Counted from the first letter of the stretch, positions 10,829 through 21,701 are shown. The stretch: DNA of 59,940 nucleotides from an uncultured Alphaproteobacteria bacterium (GCA_902526865.1 CABZMK010000006.1:1-59940); one strand, 5' to 3'. Translations and numbers: made by a program. Notes: generated by a model from the sequence alone, not told the origin.

Positions 10829-11793
10829 TTCTCGATTAATTTAAAGTTTTCTGAATCGACAAATTCTAAGTCATAATTACTTAAGTCATATTCAAATCTA
10901 TTTTTAGTGATAGTAGCCGTAAAAAAATCTGGTAATGGGGCAACAATTTTTTTTATATTTTTATCTTGCTCTTGAAATTTTAGTGAGTAAGCATGCAAAT
11001 GCAGATCTTTTACATTAGAAATTTGTTCTGAATTATTTAAAGATTTAAACTTTGTTTCTCCATAAATCTGATTTCCAAGTGAGTTAAAATGATCCCTTAT
11101 TTGATGTTTTCTTCCAGTTATAGGTTTTATTACTAAAAAAGAAAGCTCATTATTTTGATCTAAAACTTTATACAAAGTTAATGATGACAAACTTTTGTCC
11201 TTTCCAATTTTGAAATCTATTTTTCCTACCCTATATTTTAAGTTTCCGTGCACTATAGCCAGATAAACTTTCTCAATTTTTCTTTTTTTAAATAATTCTC
11301 CATAGTATCTTGAAGAATTTAATGATCTAGCAATCATTAAAAGCCCTGAGGTTTGCTTGTCAATTCTGTGGACTAATTTTGGTCTTTCATCTAAATTAAA
11401 CTTCAACGAATCAAGCATTATATCAACATTTAATTTAATATTAGTTCCACCTTGAACGGCTAAACCAGCTGGTTTATTTAATAATATTTTAAATTTGTCT
11501 TTATAAACAACAAGTTTCTTTATAAATTCTTCAAATTTTATGTTGTATTTTTCTTTTCTATCAAGACTTGGTTCTTGTTGAACGATTCTTGTAAAATTTA
11601 TCTTATCTCCCATTCTTAAAACAGTATTATTTTTGGCCCTTCTACCGTTAACTCTTACTGTTCCTTTTCTTAATAATTTACATAGAGTTGGATATGTAAC
11701 GAAAGAAAGATTTTTTTTTAACCAATAATCAATTCTAGAACTGTCGAAATCACTGGAAACTGTCCATGATTTAATTTTTTTTTCGGTAACCAT
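10825..11793 (-). CDS. RluA/RluC-family pseudouridine synthase with S4 domain
   Basis: RIDYWL..RKGTVRVNG, NKPAGLAVQGG, HRIDKQTSG, TGRKHQIR, LHLHA. Confidence 0.92.
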   Translation of the reverse strand: MVTEKKIKSWTVSSDFDSSRIDYWLKKNLSFVTYPTLCKLLRKGTVRVNGRRAKNNTVLRMGDKINFTRIVQQEPSLDRKEKYNIKFEEFIKKLVVYKDKFKILLNKPAGLAVQGGTNIKLNVDIMLDSLKFNLDERPKLVHRIDKQTSGLLMIARSLNSSRYYGELFKKRKIEKVYLAIVHGNLKYRVGKIDFKIGKDKSLSSLTLYKVLDQNNELSFLVIKPITGRKHQIRDHFNSLGNQIYGETKFKSLNNSEQISNVKDLHLHAYSLKFQEQDKNIKKIVAPLPDFFTATITKNRFEYDLSNYDLEFVDSENFKLIEK

Positions 11794-11816
11794 CAGAGGT
11801 TGTAAAAAAGGGATTA

Positions 11817-12359
11817 CTAATCTTTTTTAATGGATTTTTTATCTACTGCTTCATCTGTAGTTTGATCTTTGCCTTTTTTTAAAGCTAGGTTATCTGTTTT
11901 TTTTTGCTCAGCATTAGAAACATTGTTCTCGGGGGTCGAGTTTTCAGTTTCTTTTTCGCTATTTTTTTCTCTTAATTTGTCCTCTAGACCTTTAACATTT
12001 ACATCTCTTTCCACCAATTCAATTATTGCTTTTGGTGCAGAGTCTCCAAACCTAAATCCAGATTTTAAAATCCTTACGTACCCACCATTTCTTTTTTGAT
12101 ACCTTTTACCTAGAACTTTGAACACTTTTTCTACAAGCTTTTTATCACCAAGATATGCATATACTTTTCTTTTCGCAGCTAAAGTATTTGTTTTTCCAAT
12201 AGTAAGAATTTTTTCTACAAAAGGTCTTAAGTCCTTTGCTTTAGGAAGTGTAGTTTCTATTTGCTCGTGAATAATAAGTGATTTACTAAGGTTTTTCAGC
12301 AAAGAAAGTCTATGACTAGTTTTTCGATTTAGCTTTCTTCCGGCGATATTGTGTCTCAT
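11817..12359 (-). CDS. rplQ: 50S ribosomal protein L17 with C-terminal extension
   Basis: MRHNIAGRKLNR, IETTLPKAK, RNGGYVRI. Confidence 0.97.
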   Translation of the reverse strand: MRHNIAGRKLNRKTSHRLSLLKNLSKSLIIHEQIETTLPKAKDLRPFVEKILTIGKTNTLAAKRKVYAYLGDKKLVEKVFKVLGKRYQKRNGGYVRILKSGFRFGDSAPKAIIELVERDVNVKGLEDKLREKNSEKETENSTPENNVSNAEQKKTDNLALKKGKDQTTDEAVDKKSIKKD

Positions 12360-12374
12360 AATCTTTCCTATAAA

Positions 12375-13388
12375 TTAGTAAGGGTCGTCAAGTTTTCGTC
12401 GAATCTCTTCGATATTTTCTGGTGGCCAACCCTCAATTTTCATTCCAAGTTCTAAATTCATTGTTGAAAGTATCTCCTTAATTTCGTTAAGTGATTTTCT
12501 TCCAAAGTTAGGAGTTCTTAGCATTTCAGATTCAGTTTTTTGAACTAAGTCTCCAATATAGATTATTTCATCGTTTTTGAGACAATTCGCTGATCTAACT
12601 GACAACTCAAGTTCTTCAACTTTGCGAAGAAGATTTACATTAAGAGATGGTTCTTCAGTTACTGGCGCTACAACTTCATCCTCAGGTTCTTCAAAATTAA
12701 TAAATAACTTAAGTTGTTCATCTATTATTCTTGCTGCATAAGCAACAGAGTCTTCGGGAACAACAGATCCATTGGTTTCGATATTCATTATTAATTTGTC
12801 ATAGTCAGTTACTTGGCCCACTCTTGAGTTTTCAACTCTAAACGAAACTCTTCTAACTGGCGAAAAAAAGGAATCAATAAATATAGTACCCAAGGGAGCC
12901 TCGTTTTTTTGCTTCAAAGCAGGAACATACCCCTTACCCTCTTCCACATTAAGAGTTATACTCACTTTAGCTTTGGAATCTAAAGTTAAAAGATGAAGAT
13001 CTTTATTTAAAACCTCAACATGAGCGCCGCAATCAATATCTCCGGCGGTTATAATTTTAGGACCGTTTGCTTTTATATATATTTTCGTTGATTCAACATC
13101 ATTTAGTTTTAAAGCAAGTTGTTTAATATTTAATATAATATCCGTTACGTCTTCTATTACTCCAGGTATAGCCGAAAACTCGTGGGTTACACCTTCTACT
13201 TGAATCGAAGTGACAGCTGCGCCACGGATTGAGGAAAGAAGAACCCTTCTTAACATATTACCAAGCGTTTGCCCGTAACCACTTTCAAGTGGTTCAGCAA
13301 CAAGTTCAGCGGATTTAGCATTTTCCTGATTCTTGATAAATTCTATTTTTTTAGGTTTAATTAGTTCTTTCCAGTTTTTGTTTATCAC
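12375..13388 (-). CDS. rpoA: RNA polymerase alpha subunit
   Basis: [45 protein letters not shown]; GTG start. Confidence 0.98.
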   Translation of the reverse strand: MINKNWKELIKPKKIEFIKNQENAKSAELVAEPLESGYGQTLGNMLRRVLLSSIRGAAVTSIQVEGVTHEFSAIPGVIEDVTDIILNIKQLALKLNDVESTKIYIKANGPKIITAGDIDCGAHVEVLNKDLHLLTLDSKAKVSITLNVEEGKGYVPALKQKNEAPLGTIFIDSFFSPVRRVSFRVENSRVGQVTDYDKLIMNIETNGSVVPEDSVAYAARIIDEQLKLFINFEEPEDEVVAPVTEEPSLNVNLLRKVEELELSVRSANCLKNDEIIYIGDLVQKTESEMLRTPNFGRKSLNEIKEILSTMNLELGMKIEGWPPENIEEIRRKLDDPY

Positions 13389-13415
13389 GTATTACTTCCC
13401 TTTTTAATATTAACT

Positions 13416-13805
13416 CTATACCCTTCTTCTTTTTGAAGGTCGACAACCATTGTGTGGAATTGGTGTTATATCTTTTATAACGGTTATATTTAGTCCAGTT
13501 GATCCCAGGGCTCTTATTGCTGACTCTCTTCCATTTCCAGGTCCTTTTATTACAACTTCCACATGTTTCATACCATGTTCCATTGCTTTTTTTCCTGCTT
13601 CTTCGGCTGCAAGCTGAGCAGCAAAAGGAGTTGATTTTCGAGAACCTTTAAATCCTTTATTACCTGACGATGACCAAGAGATGGTATTACCAGTTGTATC
13701 TGTTATAGTAATTATAGTGTTGTTAAAGGTAGAGTTAATGTGAGCAATGCCAGATGGTATATTTTTTTTTGTTTTCTTTTTAGATTTTGTAGCTTTGGTT
13801 ACCAT
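13416..13805 (-). CDS. rpsK: 30S ribosomal protein S11
   Basis: [32 protein letters not shown]. Confidence 0.98.
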   Translation of the reverse strand: MVTKATKSKKKTKKNIPSGIAHINSTFNNTIITITDTTGNTISWSSSGNKGFKGSRKSTPFAAQLAAEEAGKKAMEHGMKHVEVVIKGPGNGRESAIRALGSTGLNITVIKDITPIPHNGCRPSKRRRV

Positions 13806-13810
13806 TTCAA

Positions 13811-14185
13811 TTATACTGCTTTCTTCTTCCCAGCAATAGGGATTGCTTTACCTTTTCTTGTTCGAGCGTTAGTGTGTGTTCTTTGACCTCTAACAGGAAG
13901 TTTTTTTCTATGCCTTAACCCCCTGTAACAACCAAGATCTGTTAGTCGTTTTATTCTAACTGAAACTTCTCTTCTCAAATCACCCTCTACTAAAAAATTC
14001 TTATCAATAAATTCTCTTATTTTGATAATCTCATCTTCATTAAGGCTGTTTACTCTTTTGCTTCCGTCAATCTTAACTTTTTCGCAAATATCTTTTGAAT
14101 ACTTTGAACCTATACCATAGATATACGTCAAAGCTACAATCAATCTTTTATTTGTTGGAACGTTAACTCCTGCAATTCTCGCCAC
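13811..14185 (-). CDS. rpsM: 30S ribosomal protein S13
   Basis: [34 protein letters not shown]. Confidence 0.98.
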   Translation of the reverse strand: MARIAGVNVPTNKRLIVALTYIYGIGSKYSKDICEKVKIDGSKRVNSLNEDEIIKIREFIDKNFLVEGDLRREVSVRIKRLTDLGCYRGLRHRKKLPVRGQRTHTNARTRKGKAIPIAGKKKAV

Positions 14186-14213
14186 TTGATTCCTCTTGTA
14201 AATACAAACCTGG

Positions 14214-14241
14214 ATTATATTTTTTTTTTATTTTAAGTCAA
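14214..14241 (-). promoter_or_regulatory. putative sigma70 promoter of the alpha operon
   Basis: TTGACT-N16-TATAAT on the minus strand upstream of rpsM. Confidence 0.7.
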
Positions 14242-14245
14242 CACA

Positions 14246-14821
14246 CTAACAAATAATCTTTGTTATTTCAGCGTAAACTTCATTTACCTTCTGCATACCA
14301 TCAATTTTACTAATTATACCTTTTTCTTCATAATATTTGACAATTGGTAGTGTAGACGATTTAAAAACTTCTATTCTGTTTAAAAGGGTTTCAGAATTAT
14401 CATCCTTCCTCTGTTCGCTTCCCTTTGTTTCACTAATTCTATTGTTAATTCTTTCCTCAAGAATTTTGAAATCAATTTGAAAAAGTATTACATGATCAAG
14501 TTTTACAGATACGTTTTCTAAAGACGAATCTAATACTTCAGCTTGCTTGAGGTTTCTGGGAAAACCGTCAAAAACAATACTTTTGTTTTTATGTTTTTCA
14601 ACCTTATTCACAATAATGTCTATTACTATGCCGTCTGGAACTAATTCGCCAGATTCCATAAGATATTTTACTTTCTTACCTAGATCTGAATCACTATTGG
14701 ATGTTTCTAATCTAAGAAGATCACCAGTAGATAACTGAACAAAATTATTTTTTTCAACTAATAGTTTAGATTGAGTACCTTTACCGCATCCTGGAGGGCC
14801 CAATAAGACTATTTTCTTCAT
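14246..14821 (-). CDS. adk: adenylate kinase (short-LID type)
   Basis: GPPGCGKGTQ, LSTGDLLR, FDGFPR, RKDD. Confidence 0.96.
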   Translation of the reverse strand: MKKIVLLGPPGCGKGTQSKLLVEKNNFVQLSTGDLLRLETSNSDSDLGKKVKYLMESGELVPDGIVIDIIVNKVEKHKNKSIVFDGFPRNLKQAEVLDSSLENVSVKLDHVILFQIDFKILEERINNRISETKGSEQRKDDNSETLLNRIEVFKSSTLPIVKYYEEKGIISKIDGMQKVNEVYAEITKIIC

Positions 14822-16161
14822 CTTCCTCGTCTAAGGTTTGATTTTTTAATTAATCCTTCATACTGATGAGCTAATAAATAAGACTGAATCTGATTTACAG
14901 TATCCATTGTTACACTCACAACAATTAGTAGGCTCGTTCCACCAAAATAAAATGGAACTTTATATTTAGATATTAATAATTCTGGTAGTAAACAAATTAG
15001 TGAAAGATATATTGCACCAAGAACCGTTAACCTTGTGAGGATATAATCTAGATAGTTAGCTGTATTTTCACCTGGTCGTATCCCAGGAACAAAACCACCA
15101 TACTTTTTTAAATTGTCAGCAGTATCTTTTGGGTTGAAAACAATTGCTGTGTAGAAAAAAGCAAAAAACATTATCATTGAAATGTATACAGTTAAATATA
15201 CAGGATGCCCTCTACTTAAAAATAAACTTATTGTATTTAACCACTCGGGCCCTCCACCTGCATTAAAGCTTACGAATGTGATTGGTAACAACAAAAGTGA
15301 ACTGGCAAAAATTGGAGGGATAACACCAGCGGTATTAATTTTTAATGGTAAGTGAGACGATTCTGCAACTTTATTACCCGCACCGGGTTGTCTTTTAGGA
15401 TATTGAATAGTTATCCTTCTTTGAGCTCTTTCTATAAATACCATGAATGCAATAACTGAAACTGACATTACAAGAAGAAAAACTATAAAGAGTGTTGACA
15501 AAGCACCTGTTCTTCCTAACTCAAAAGTACTACTCAGAGCTAATGGTAATTGAGCTACAATACCAGTAAAAATAATTAAAGAAATACCGTTACCAATTCC
15601 TCTTTGAGTTATTTGCTCACCAAGCCAAACTAGAAACAAAGTTCCAGAAACTAATGTTACGACTGTAACAAACCTGAAAAACATTCCAGGATCCATCACT
15701 GCCTGCATTCCTTGACTACTTGACATGTTTTCCACTCCCACTGCCACACCATATCCTTGAACTGTTGCCAAAAAAACTGTTCCATATCTGGCATATTGAT
15801 TAATTTTTTTTCGTCCAATTTCACCCTCTTTTTTCAATTGTTCTAATGTAGGTGAAATTACAGTGAGCAATTGCATAATAATGCTAGCGGAGATATAAGG
15901 CATTATATTAAGAGCAAAAACTGTCATTCTACCTAATGCTCCACCAGCAAACATGTCGAACATCCCTAAAATCCCTCCAACATTTCTCTCGAAAACCTTC
16001 TCTAGTGCAACTGGATCAATGCCAGGTATTGGTATATAAGAACCAAATCTGTAAACTATAAGAGCTAAAAGTGTAAATAAAATTCTTTTTTTTAAATCAT
16101 CTGCTTTTGTGATTGATCCAAAGTTAATTCTAGACGCGAGTTGTTCTGAAACTGATGCCAT
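14818..16161 (-). CDS. secY: preprotein translocase subunit SecY
   Basis: IMPYISASIIMQLL, GIGNGISLIIF, PGIRPG, FGGTSLLIVV. Confidence 0.98.
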   Translation of the reverse strand: MASVSEQLASRINFGSITKADDLKKRILFTLLALIVYRFGSYIPIPGIDPVALEKVFERNVGGILGMFDMFAGGALGRMTVFALNIMPYISASIIMQLLTVISPTLEQLKKEGEIGRKKINQYARYGTVFLATVQGYGVAVGVENMSSSQGMQAVMDPGMFFRFVTVVTLVSGTLFLVWLGEQITQRGIGNGISLIIFTGIVAQLPLALSSTFELGRTGALSTLFIVFLLVMSVSVIAFMVFIERAQRRITIQYPKRQPGAGNKVAESSHLPLKINTAGVIPPIFASSLLLLPITFVSFNAGGGPEWLNTISLFLSRGHPVYLTVYISMIMFFAFFYTAIVFNPKDTADNLKKYGGFVPGIRPGENTANYLDYILTRLTVLGAIYLSLICLLPELLISKYKVPFYFGGTSLLIVVSVTMDTVNQIQSYLLAHQYEGLIKKSNLRRGR

Positions 16162-16163
16162 GT

Positions 16164-16841
16164 TTATTTACTTTTTTTTAAGATTTTAGTCGTTTTTATA
16201 TTTTTTATTGGAGTACTATTTTTGGTTTTCATTTCTTTATTTACACTGTGCTTTGTTTTGTCTGAAGTTAATTTTGATTTTTTTTGATCATTTTCAGTTT
16301 CATTTTTTTTGGATTCAGTTATCTTTTTTTCATTAACTTTTTTAGATTTTTTGTACTCTTCTTTCTTATTTACCGTTTTTAATTTTTTAAATTTCACAAT
16401 ATTTATTGACCCACCAATTCGTTCAAACTCTTTCTTAACGGATTCAGATGCAGAATGTGATTCAAGATTAACAGCTTTATTTAATTTTTTACCTAGTAGA
16501 ATCTTAATAAAAACATTTTTTTTTGATTTTGAATGCATAGTCAGATCGTTAATAGAAAGTTTAGAATTTTCCTTAATAAGTTTCTTCTCAAGTAAATTAT
16601 TAATTAGATCTGTTTTGAGGACAATTTTATTAATTTTTTTTCTTGATTTAAAACCATGCTTTGGCATTCTCATGTGTAAAGGCATTTGACCACCTTCAAA
16701 ACCATTTATCGAGACACCAGTCCTTGATTTTTGACCTTTCATCCCTCTTCCAGCAGTTTTTCCTTTGCCTGAACCTATTCCTCTTCCAATTCTTTTTCTT
16801 TTTTTTAATTTAGAATCTATTTTTATTTCATTTAATTTCAT
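16164..16841 (-). CDS. rplO: 50S ribosomal protein L15 with Lys-rich C-terminal extension
   Basis: [24 protein letters not shown]. Confidence 0.97.
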   Translation of the reverse strand: MKLNEIKIDSKLKKRKRIGRGIGSGKGKTAGRGMKGQKSRTGVSINGFEGGQMPLHMRMPKHGFKSRKKINKIVLKTDLINNLLEKKLIKENSKLSINDLTMHSKSKKNVFIKILLGKKLNKAVNLESHSASESVKKEFERIGGSINIVKFKKLKTVNKKEEYKKSKKVNEKKITESKKNETENDQKKSKLTSDKTKHSVNKEMKTKNSTPIKNIKTTKILKKSK

Positions 16842-16843
16842 GG

Positions 16844-17026
16844 TTATTTTACCTCATCAACTTTTATCAAGTGCTTTACTTTATCTATCATTCCTTGAAT
16901 TGCAGGATTAATTTCAAGCGTTCTTTCTCTATTAATTTTATTCAGACCTAAACTAATAAGAGTTTCTCTTTGTTTATTATTTCTCCCAATCGGACTTTTC
17001 AGTTGTTTTATTTTAATTTTTGGCAA
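16844..17026 (-). CDS. rpmD: 50S ribosomal protein L30
   Basis: KQLKSPIGR...LGLNKINR...GMIDKVKHL; TTG 17026 follows an AGGTGGAG SD (alternative GTG 17038). Confidence 0.93.
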   Translation of the reverse strand: MPKIKIKQLKSPIGRNNKQRETLISLGLNKINRERTLEINPAIQGMIDKVKHLIKVDEVK

Positions 17027-17963
17027 CTTCAACTCCACCTTGAGAAACTTTTCTCCTTTTTGTTATTTCGTTAATTTTCAGTCCCCTTCTTGCAGCAATA
17101 ATTTTTGGAGAGTAAGCAGATTTTAAAGCTTCAAAGGTAGCTCTTACCATATTATGAGGGTTTGAAGTTCCGACTGACTTAGCAACAATGTCCTGTATTC
17201 CAAGAGCCTCAAAAACAGCTCTCATTGGTCCACCCGCTATAACACCCGTTCCTGAAGGAGCACTCCTTAGATAAACTTTTCCTGAATCAAATCTTCCTTT
17301 GATATCATGATGCAACGTTCTGCCTTGTCTTAAAGGAACTCTAATCATTCTTGTTTTTGCCTCATCTGTGGCTTTTTTTATTGCCTCAGGAACTTCTTTT
17401 GCCTTTCCTTTCCCATGTCCAACCATACCATTTCCGTCTCCTACAACAACTAATGCAGCAAAACTGAATCTTCTACCTCCTTTAACTACCTTCGCAACTC
17501 TGTTGATGCTAACTAGTTTTTCAATATATTCTGGTTGTTCATTGACTTTGTTATAAAGTTCTGAATTATTAAACTTCGCATCATTTTGTTTGTTTTCTGA
17601 ATTATTTACTTTTTTAGTTTTATTTACAGGTCCAGTTAAAGTTTTAGCCCCCTTGTTACTAGTGTTTTTAATGCTAGGGTTCTGTTCGACCTTACTTTCG
17701 TTTTCAATTTTAGTGTTTTTCTGATTTATTTTTGTTGTTTCTTGATCAGACTGACTTAATGTTTTTTCACTATCAAGAAGTTTTGGATCTTCATTATTAC
17801 TATCACTTATACTTTTCTTAGATTCGGCAGACAAAGAACCCTTTTTATCCTTGTTTATTTCTGTCTCTAATTTCTTTGGCTTAGCTTCATTAATTGCATC
17901 TAATTTTTTTTCATTAGATGAATCGATACTAGCTTGATTTAATTCATTTTTATCTTTACTCAT
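17013..17963 (-). CDS. rpsE: 30S ribosomal protein S5 with long N-terminal extension
   Basis: [37 protein letters not shown]. Confidence 0.97.
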   Translation of the reverse strand: MSKDKNELNQASIDSSNEKKLDAINEAKPKKLETEINKDKKGSLSAESKKSISDSNNEDPKLLDSEKTLSQSDQETTKINQKNTKIENESKVEQNPSIKNTSNKGAKTLTGPVNKTKKVNNSENKQNDAKFNNSELYNKVNEQPEYIEKLVSINRVAKVVKGGRRFSFAALVVVGDGNGMVGHGKGKAKEVPEAIKKATDEAKTRMIRVPLRQGRTLHHDIKGRFDSGKVYLRSAPSGTGVIAGGPMRAVFEALGIQDIVAKSVGTSNPHNMVRATFEALKSAYSPKIIAARRGLKINEITKRRKVSQGGVEVAKN

Positions 17964-17972
17964 ATTTAATTC

Positions 17973-18326
17973 CTAAAACTTTATACCTTTCGATCTTATT
18001 CCCATTGCCAGTTCTTTTATTCTACCGTGATACAAATACCCCCCTCTATCAAATGTAAATTTATCACTAATCTTTTTCTCTTTAATCAAATCTCCTATTT
18101 TTTCTCCAACTTTAAAAGCAACTTCTTTGGGTTTACCTTTATTTTTTTTACAAGAATCATCATGGGATGATGCAGAGAGAATTGTTTTACCTTTTTTATC
18201 ATCAATCACTTGAATATAAATATGTTTTGATGATCTGAAAGCACAAAGTCTTAGGTTCGATGTTCTTTTTACTTTTGAACGAATTCTTAATGATCTTTTA
18301 TTTTTTAAATTTTTTTTTGAAATCAT
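17973..18326 (-). CDS. rplR: 50S ribosomal protein L18
   Basis: RLCAFRSSKHIYIQVIDD, FDRGGYLYHGRIK. Confidence 0.97.
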   Translation of the reverse strand: MISKKNLKNKRSLRIRSKVKRTSNLRLCAFRSSKHIYIQVIDDKKGKTILSASSHDDSCKKNKGKPKEVAFKVGEKIGDLIKEKKISDKFTFDRGGYLYHGRIKELAMGIRSKGIKF

Positions 18327-18856
18327 TTCTTTTTGCCCTCTTTTCTTTTTATAATTTCATCTTTATATTTGACACCTTTACCTTTATAAGGTTCAGGTTT
18401 CCTAAAAGATCTTATGTTCGCTGCAATTTGACCGACTTTCTGTTTATCAATCCCAGAGATTTTTATTTGAGTTGGCTTCGGAACCTCAATCTTTAGATCG
18501 TCTGGTACATCAAAATTAATAGGATGTGAATAACCTAATAATAGCTCTAAGATTTTACCTTTTTGGGTAGCCTTGTACCCTACGCCATTAAGTTCGAGTT
18601 CTTTTGCAAAACCTATTGATACGCCCTCAACAATATTTCTTATTCTAGACCTTACGGTTCCCCACATTTTTTGTTGTGTAATAGAATCTCCTGACTTATG
18701 AACATGGATAGTTTTATCCTTAACCTCAACTTTAGCATTAGATTTGAAATTATATGAAAGCTCTCCGAGCTTACCTTTTGCAAAAATAACATTGTTTTCT
18801 ATTTTTATCTCAGTATTCTCTGGAATGCTAATTGGTATTCTTCCACTTCTTGACAT
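18323..18856 (-). CDS. rplF: 50S ribosomal protein L6
   Basis: GVGYKA, LGYSHP, RKPEPYKGKGVKY. Confidence 0.98.
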   Translation of the reverse strand: MSRSGRIPISIPENTEIKIENNVIFAKGKLGELSYNFKSNAKVEVKDKTIHVHKSGDSITQQKMWGTVRSRIRNIVEGVSIGFAKELELNGVGYKATQKGKILELLLGYSHPINFDVPDDLKIEVPKPTQIKISGIDKQKVGQIAANIRSFRKPEPYKGKGVKYKDEIIKRKEGKKK

Positions 18857-18866
18857 TTACTATCCC

Positions 18867-19265
18867 CTAAAAAACCTTACACAATATTTCGCCACCAACA
18901 TTTTCGTCTCTAGCTTCACTATCAGAAAGCACCCCTTTTGATGTCGACAAAATTGATATTCCAAGACCATCAAAATTTCTTTGAAGATCTCCAATTTTTG
19001 AATAAACTCTTCTTCCAGGTGTTGAAATACGTGAAATTTCTTTGATTACAGGTTCTCCGTCTACATATTTTAGTTCAATCTGAAAATTATTTTTATGATT
19101 TTCTAACTCGATTTTCTTAAATCCCCTAATATACCCTTCTCTATGAAGAACATCAAGAACGTTCCCCCTGAACCTGGACGCGGGCATTAGCACTGAATCT
19201 TTTCTTCGAAGTTGACCATTTCTTATTCTTGTTAACATATCACCTAATGGGTCTGACAAACTCAT
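18867..19265 (-). CDS. rpsH: 30S ribosomal protein S8
   Basis: DPLGDMLTRIRNG, STPGRRVY, LSTSKG. Confidence 0.98.
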   Translation of the reverse strand: MSLSDPLGDMLTRIRNGQLRRKDSVLMPASRFRGNVLDVLHREGYIRGFKKIELENHKNNFQIELKYVDGEPVIKEISRISTPGRRVYSKIGDLQRNFDGLGISILSTSKGVLSDSEARDENVGGEILCKVF

Positions 19266-19284
19266 ATTAATAATCCTTTCTAAT

Positions 19285-19590
19285 CTACCAACTTGATTTT
19301 GTTATTCCTGGAATTTGACCAATGGCTGCTAATTCTCTGAAAGCTATTCTCGATAACTTAAATTTTCTGTAGACACCCCTGGATCTTCCTGTAAGTGCAC
19401 ATCTATTTCTAATTCTTACCTTTGATGCATTTCTTGGGATCTTTGATAATTGCAATCGAGCTTTAAACTGCTCATCTGGACTTAATTTTTTATTGTTTGC
19501 AATTTTCAATAGTTTATTTCGTTTGGCTTTAAACTTATTATACATTTTCATTCTTTTTTTGTTTCTCTCAATAATACTTAGCTTAGACAT
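19285..19590 (-). CDS. rpsN: 30S ribosomal protein S14 (long, non-zinc form)
   Basis: [21 protein letters not shown], 101 aa. Confidence 0.97.
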   Translation of the reverse strand: MSKLSIIERNKKRMKMYNKFKAKRNKLLKIANNKKLSPDEQFKARLQLSKIPRNASKVRIRNRCALTGRSRGVYRKFKLSRIAFRELAAIGQIPGITKSSW

Positions 19591-19599
19591 TAATACTCC

Positions 19600-20139
19600 T
19601 TAATCTTTAAACGGAAGGTTAAAACTTTTTAATAATTCGTAGGCATGATCTTGGTTAGAGGTTGTGGTAGTGATCGTGATGTCCATTCCTCTAATTTTGT
19701 CAACTTTATCATAGTCAATCTCAGGAAAAATGATTTGTTCTTTGATACCAATTGAGTAGTTACCATTACCATCGAAAGATTTTTTTGACAGACCTTTAAA
19801 ATCTCTGACTCTTGGTAAAGCAATAAATATAAGACGATCTAAAAACTCAAACATACGTTTTTTACGCAATGTAACTTTACATCCAATGTTAAGTCCTTTT
19901 CTCAATTTAAAACCTGCAATTGATTTTTTTGCCTTAGTAACAACAGGCTTTTGTCCAGTAATAAGAGAAAGATCTTCAATTGCTTTATTAATGACTTTCG
20001 AATCAGAAACGGCTTCACCAACTCCAATATTTACAACAATTTTTTCTAGCTTCGGAACTTCAAAGATATTTTTTAAGCTAAACCTTTCTTTTAACTTTAC
20101 TCTTATTTCAGATTCGTATTTTTCTGCTAATCGTGCCAT
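19600..20139 (-). CDS. rplE: 50S ribosomal protein L5
   Basis: [32 protein letters not shown]. Confidence 0.98.
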   Translation of the reverse strand: MARLAEKYESEIRVKLKERFSLKNIFEVPKLEKIVVNIGVGEAVSDSKVINKAIEDLSLITGQKPVVTKAKKSIAGFKLRKGLNIGCKVTLRKKRMFEFLDRLIFIALPRVRDFKGLSKKSFDGNGNYSIGIKEQIIFPEIDYDKVDKIRGMDITITTTTSNQDHAYELLKSFNLPFKD

Positions 20140-20146
20140 ATTTAAC

Positions 20147-20470
20147 CTAATTTAGAGTTTCCCCTGATTTTTTAAAAAATCTTACTTTTTTTCCATCTTT
20201 TAAAAACTTAAAACCTACTCTTGAAGCTTTTGTTGTCTTTGGATCGATCAATGATAACTTACATAAATGCATCGGCATCTCTATACTTTCAATTCCGCCT
20301 TTTTGAGTAGCTGATTGTTTAGTATGTTTTTTAACAATGTTTGCTCCTTCAACAATAGCCTTTGTAGGCTTGTCTTTACCTTTGATTATTTTCAAGATTT
20401 TTCCTGTCTTACCTTTATCTTTTCCCGACAATACTATAACATCATCTCCTTTTTTAATCTTGGCCGACAT
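20147..20470 (-). CDS. rplX: 50S ribosomal protein L24
   Basis: KOW motif [18 protein letters not shown]. Confidence 0.97.
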   Translation of the reverse strand: MSAKIKKGDDVIVLSGKDKGKTGKILKIIKGKDKPTKAIVEGANIVKKHTKQSATQKGGIESIEMPMHLCKLSLIDPKTTKASRVGFKFLKDGKKVRFFKKSGETLN

Positions 20471-20839
20471 TTAGAGGACCTCCGGTGCTAAAGATATTAT
20501 CTTCATATATTTCCTAGCTCTTAATTCTCTGGTGACTGGACCAAATATTCTTGTTCCAAGAGGTTCTCCATTATTATTAATTAAAACAGCTGCATTTCTA
20601 TCGAATCTTATGGAAGATCCGTCTGATCTATAAACTTCTTTCGCAGTCCTAACAATTACTGCTTTGTGGATTTCTCCTTTTTTAACTTTTCCTCTTGGGA
20701 TAGCATCTTTTACAGTAATAACTATCACATCACCAACGGAAGCGAACCTTCTTTTTGAACCACCTAAAACCTTTATGCATTGGATTTTTTTTGCTCCGGA
20801 ATTGTCTGCTACTAATAGATTTGATTGCATTTGTATCAT
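20471..20839 (-). CDS. rplN: 50S ribosomal protein L14
   Basis: [24 protein letters not shown]. Confidence 0.98.
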   Translation of the reverse strand: MIQMQSNLLVADNSGAKKIQCIKVLGGSKRRFASVGDVIVITVKDAIPRGKVKKGEIHKAVIVRTAKEVYRSDGSSIRFDRNAAVLINNNGEPLGTRIFGPVTRELRARKYMKIISLAPEVL

Positions 20840-20842
20840 TAT

Positions 20843-21076
20843 TTATCCTTGACTAATTACTATCCATTTTTTGGTTTTTGAAATAGGTTTGTTTTCCTGA
20901 ATCGAAACAAGCTGACCAATTTTAAATTTATTTTTCTCATCATGAACAGAATATTTTTTAGATCGGTTTATGTACTTTTTATAAACAGGATGCATAACCT
21001 TGCGGCTAACTTTAACTGTTATAGTTTTCTCTGCCTTATCAGATACAACTATACCTTTTAAAACTCTCTTTGGCAT
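20843..21076 (-). CDS. rpsQ: 30S ribosomal protein S17
   Basis: [28 protein letters not shown]. Confidence 0.97.
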   Translation of the reverse strand: MPKRVLKGIVVSDKAEKTITVKVSRKVMHPVYKKYINRSKKYSVHDEKNKFKIGQLVSIQENKPISKTKKWIVISQG

Positions 21077-21079
21077 ATC

Positions 21080-21286
21080 TTATTTTTCACCTTTCATCTT
21101 TTTATTCAAATTAATTGCAGTTTTAATTCTTGCAATTTGTTTTTTTACAACTGAAATTCTTGCTGTCTTTTCAAGTTGACCTGAACTTTTTTGAAATCTT
21201 AAATTTAGTGACTCTTTTCTCAAGACACCCATTTTGTCTTTTAGAATGTTTAAATCAAGTTTTATAAGCTCTGAAAATTTATTCAT
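21080..21286 (-). CDS. rpmC: 50S ribosomal protein L29
   Basis: NLRFQKSSGQLEK, IARIKT; operon position. Confidence 0.95.
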   Translation of the reverse strand: MNKFSELIKLDLNILKDKMGVLRKESLNLRFQKSSGQLEKTARISVVKKQIARIKTAINLNKKMKGEK

Positions 21287-21699
21287 TATGAACCTAACCT
21301 TGTTACGAATTTTGTTTTATTTGGTAATTTGGCGGAAGCCAGGTCAAAAGCTTCTTCAGCTAAATTCTTAGGAACACCGTCAATTTCAAACAAAATTTTA
21401 CCTGGTTTAACTTTCGCAGCCCAAAACTCAACAGCACCCTTACCTTTACCTTGTCTCACTTCGGCAGGTTTTTTTGAAACAGGAACATCAGGAAAGATGC
21501 GTATCCAAACACGACCAGACCTTTTCAAATGCCTTGAAATACACCTTCGAGCCGATTCAATTTGTCTTGATGTTATCCTAGCTGGGGTTAACGCTTTTAA
21601 TCCAAATGCACCAAAGTTCAAGAAGTTACCTCCTTTAGAAACTCCATGCATTCTACCTTTAAATTGTTTTCTAAATTTAGGTTTTTTCGGTTGTAACAT
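21286..21699 (-). CDS. rplP: 50S ribosomal protein L16
   Basis: [24 protein letters not shown]. Confidence 0.98.
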   Translation of the reverse strand: MLQPKKPKFRKQFKGRMHGVSKGGNFLNFGAFGLKALTPARITSRQIESARRCISRHLKRSGRVWIRIFPDVPVSKKPAEVRQGKGKGAVEFWAAKVKPGKILFEIDGVPKNLAEEAFDLASAKLPNKTKFVTRLGS

Positions 21700-21701
21700 T
21701 T

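Noticed and set aside
13389-14821. Absence of rpsD, rpmJ, infA and map from the spc/alpha region; short-LID Adk
   Set aside because: Ordinary for alphaproteobacteria
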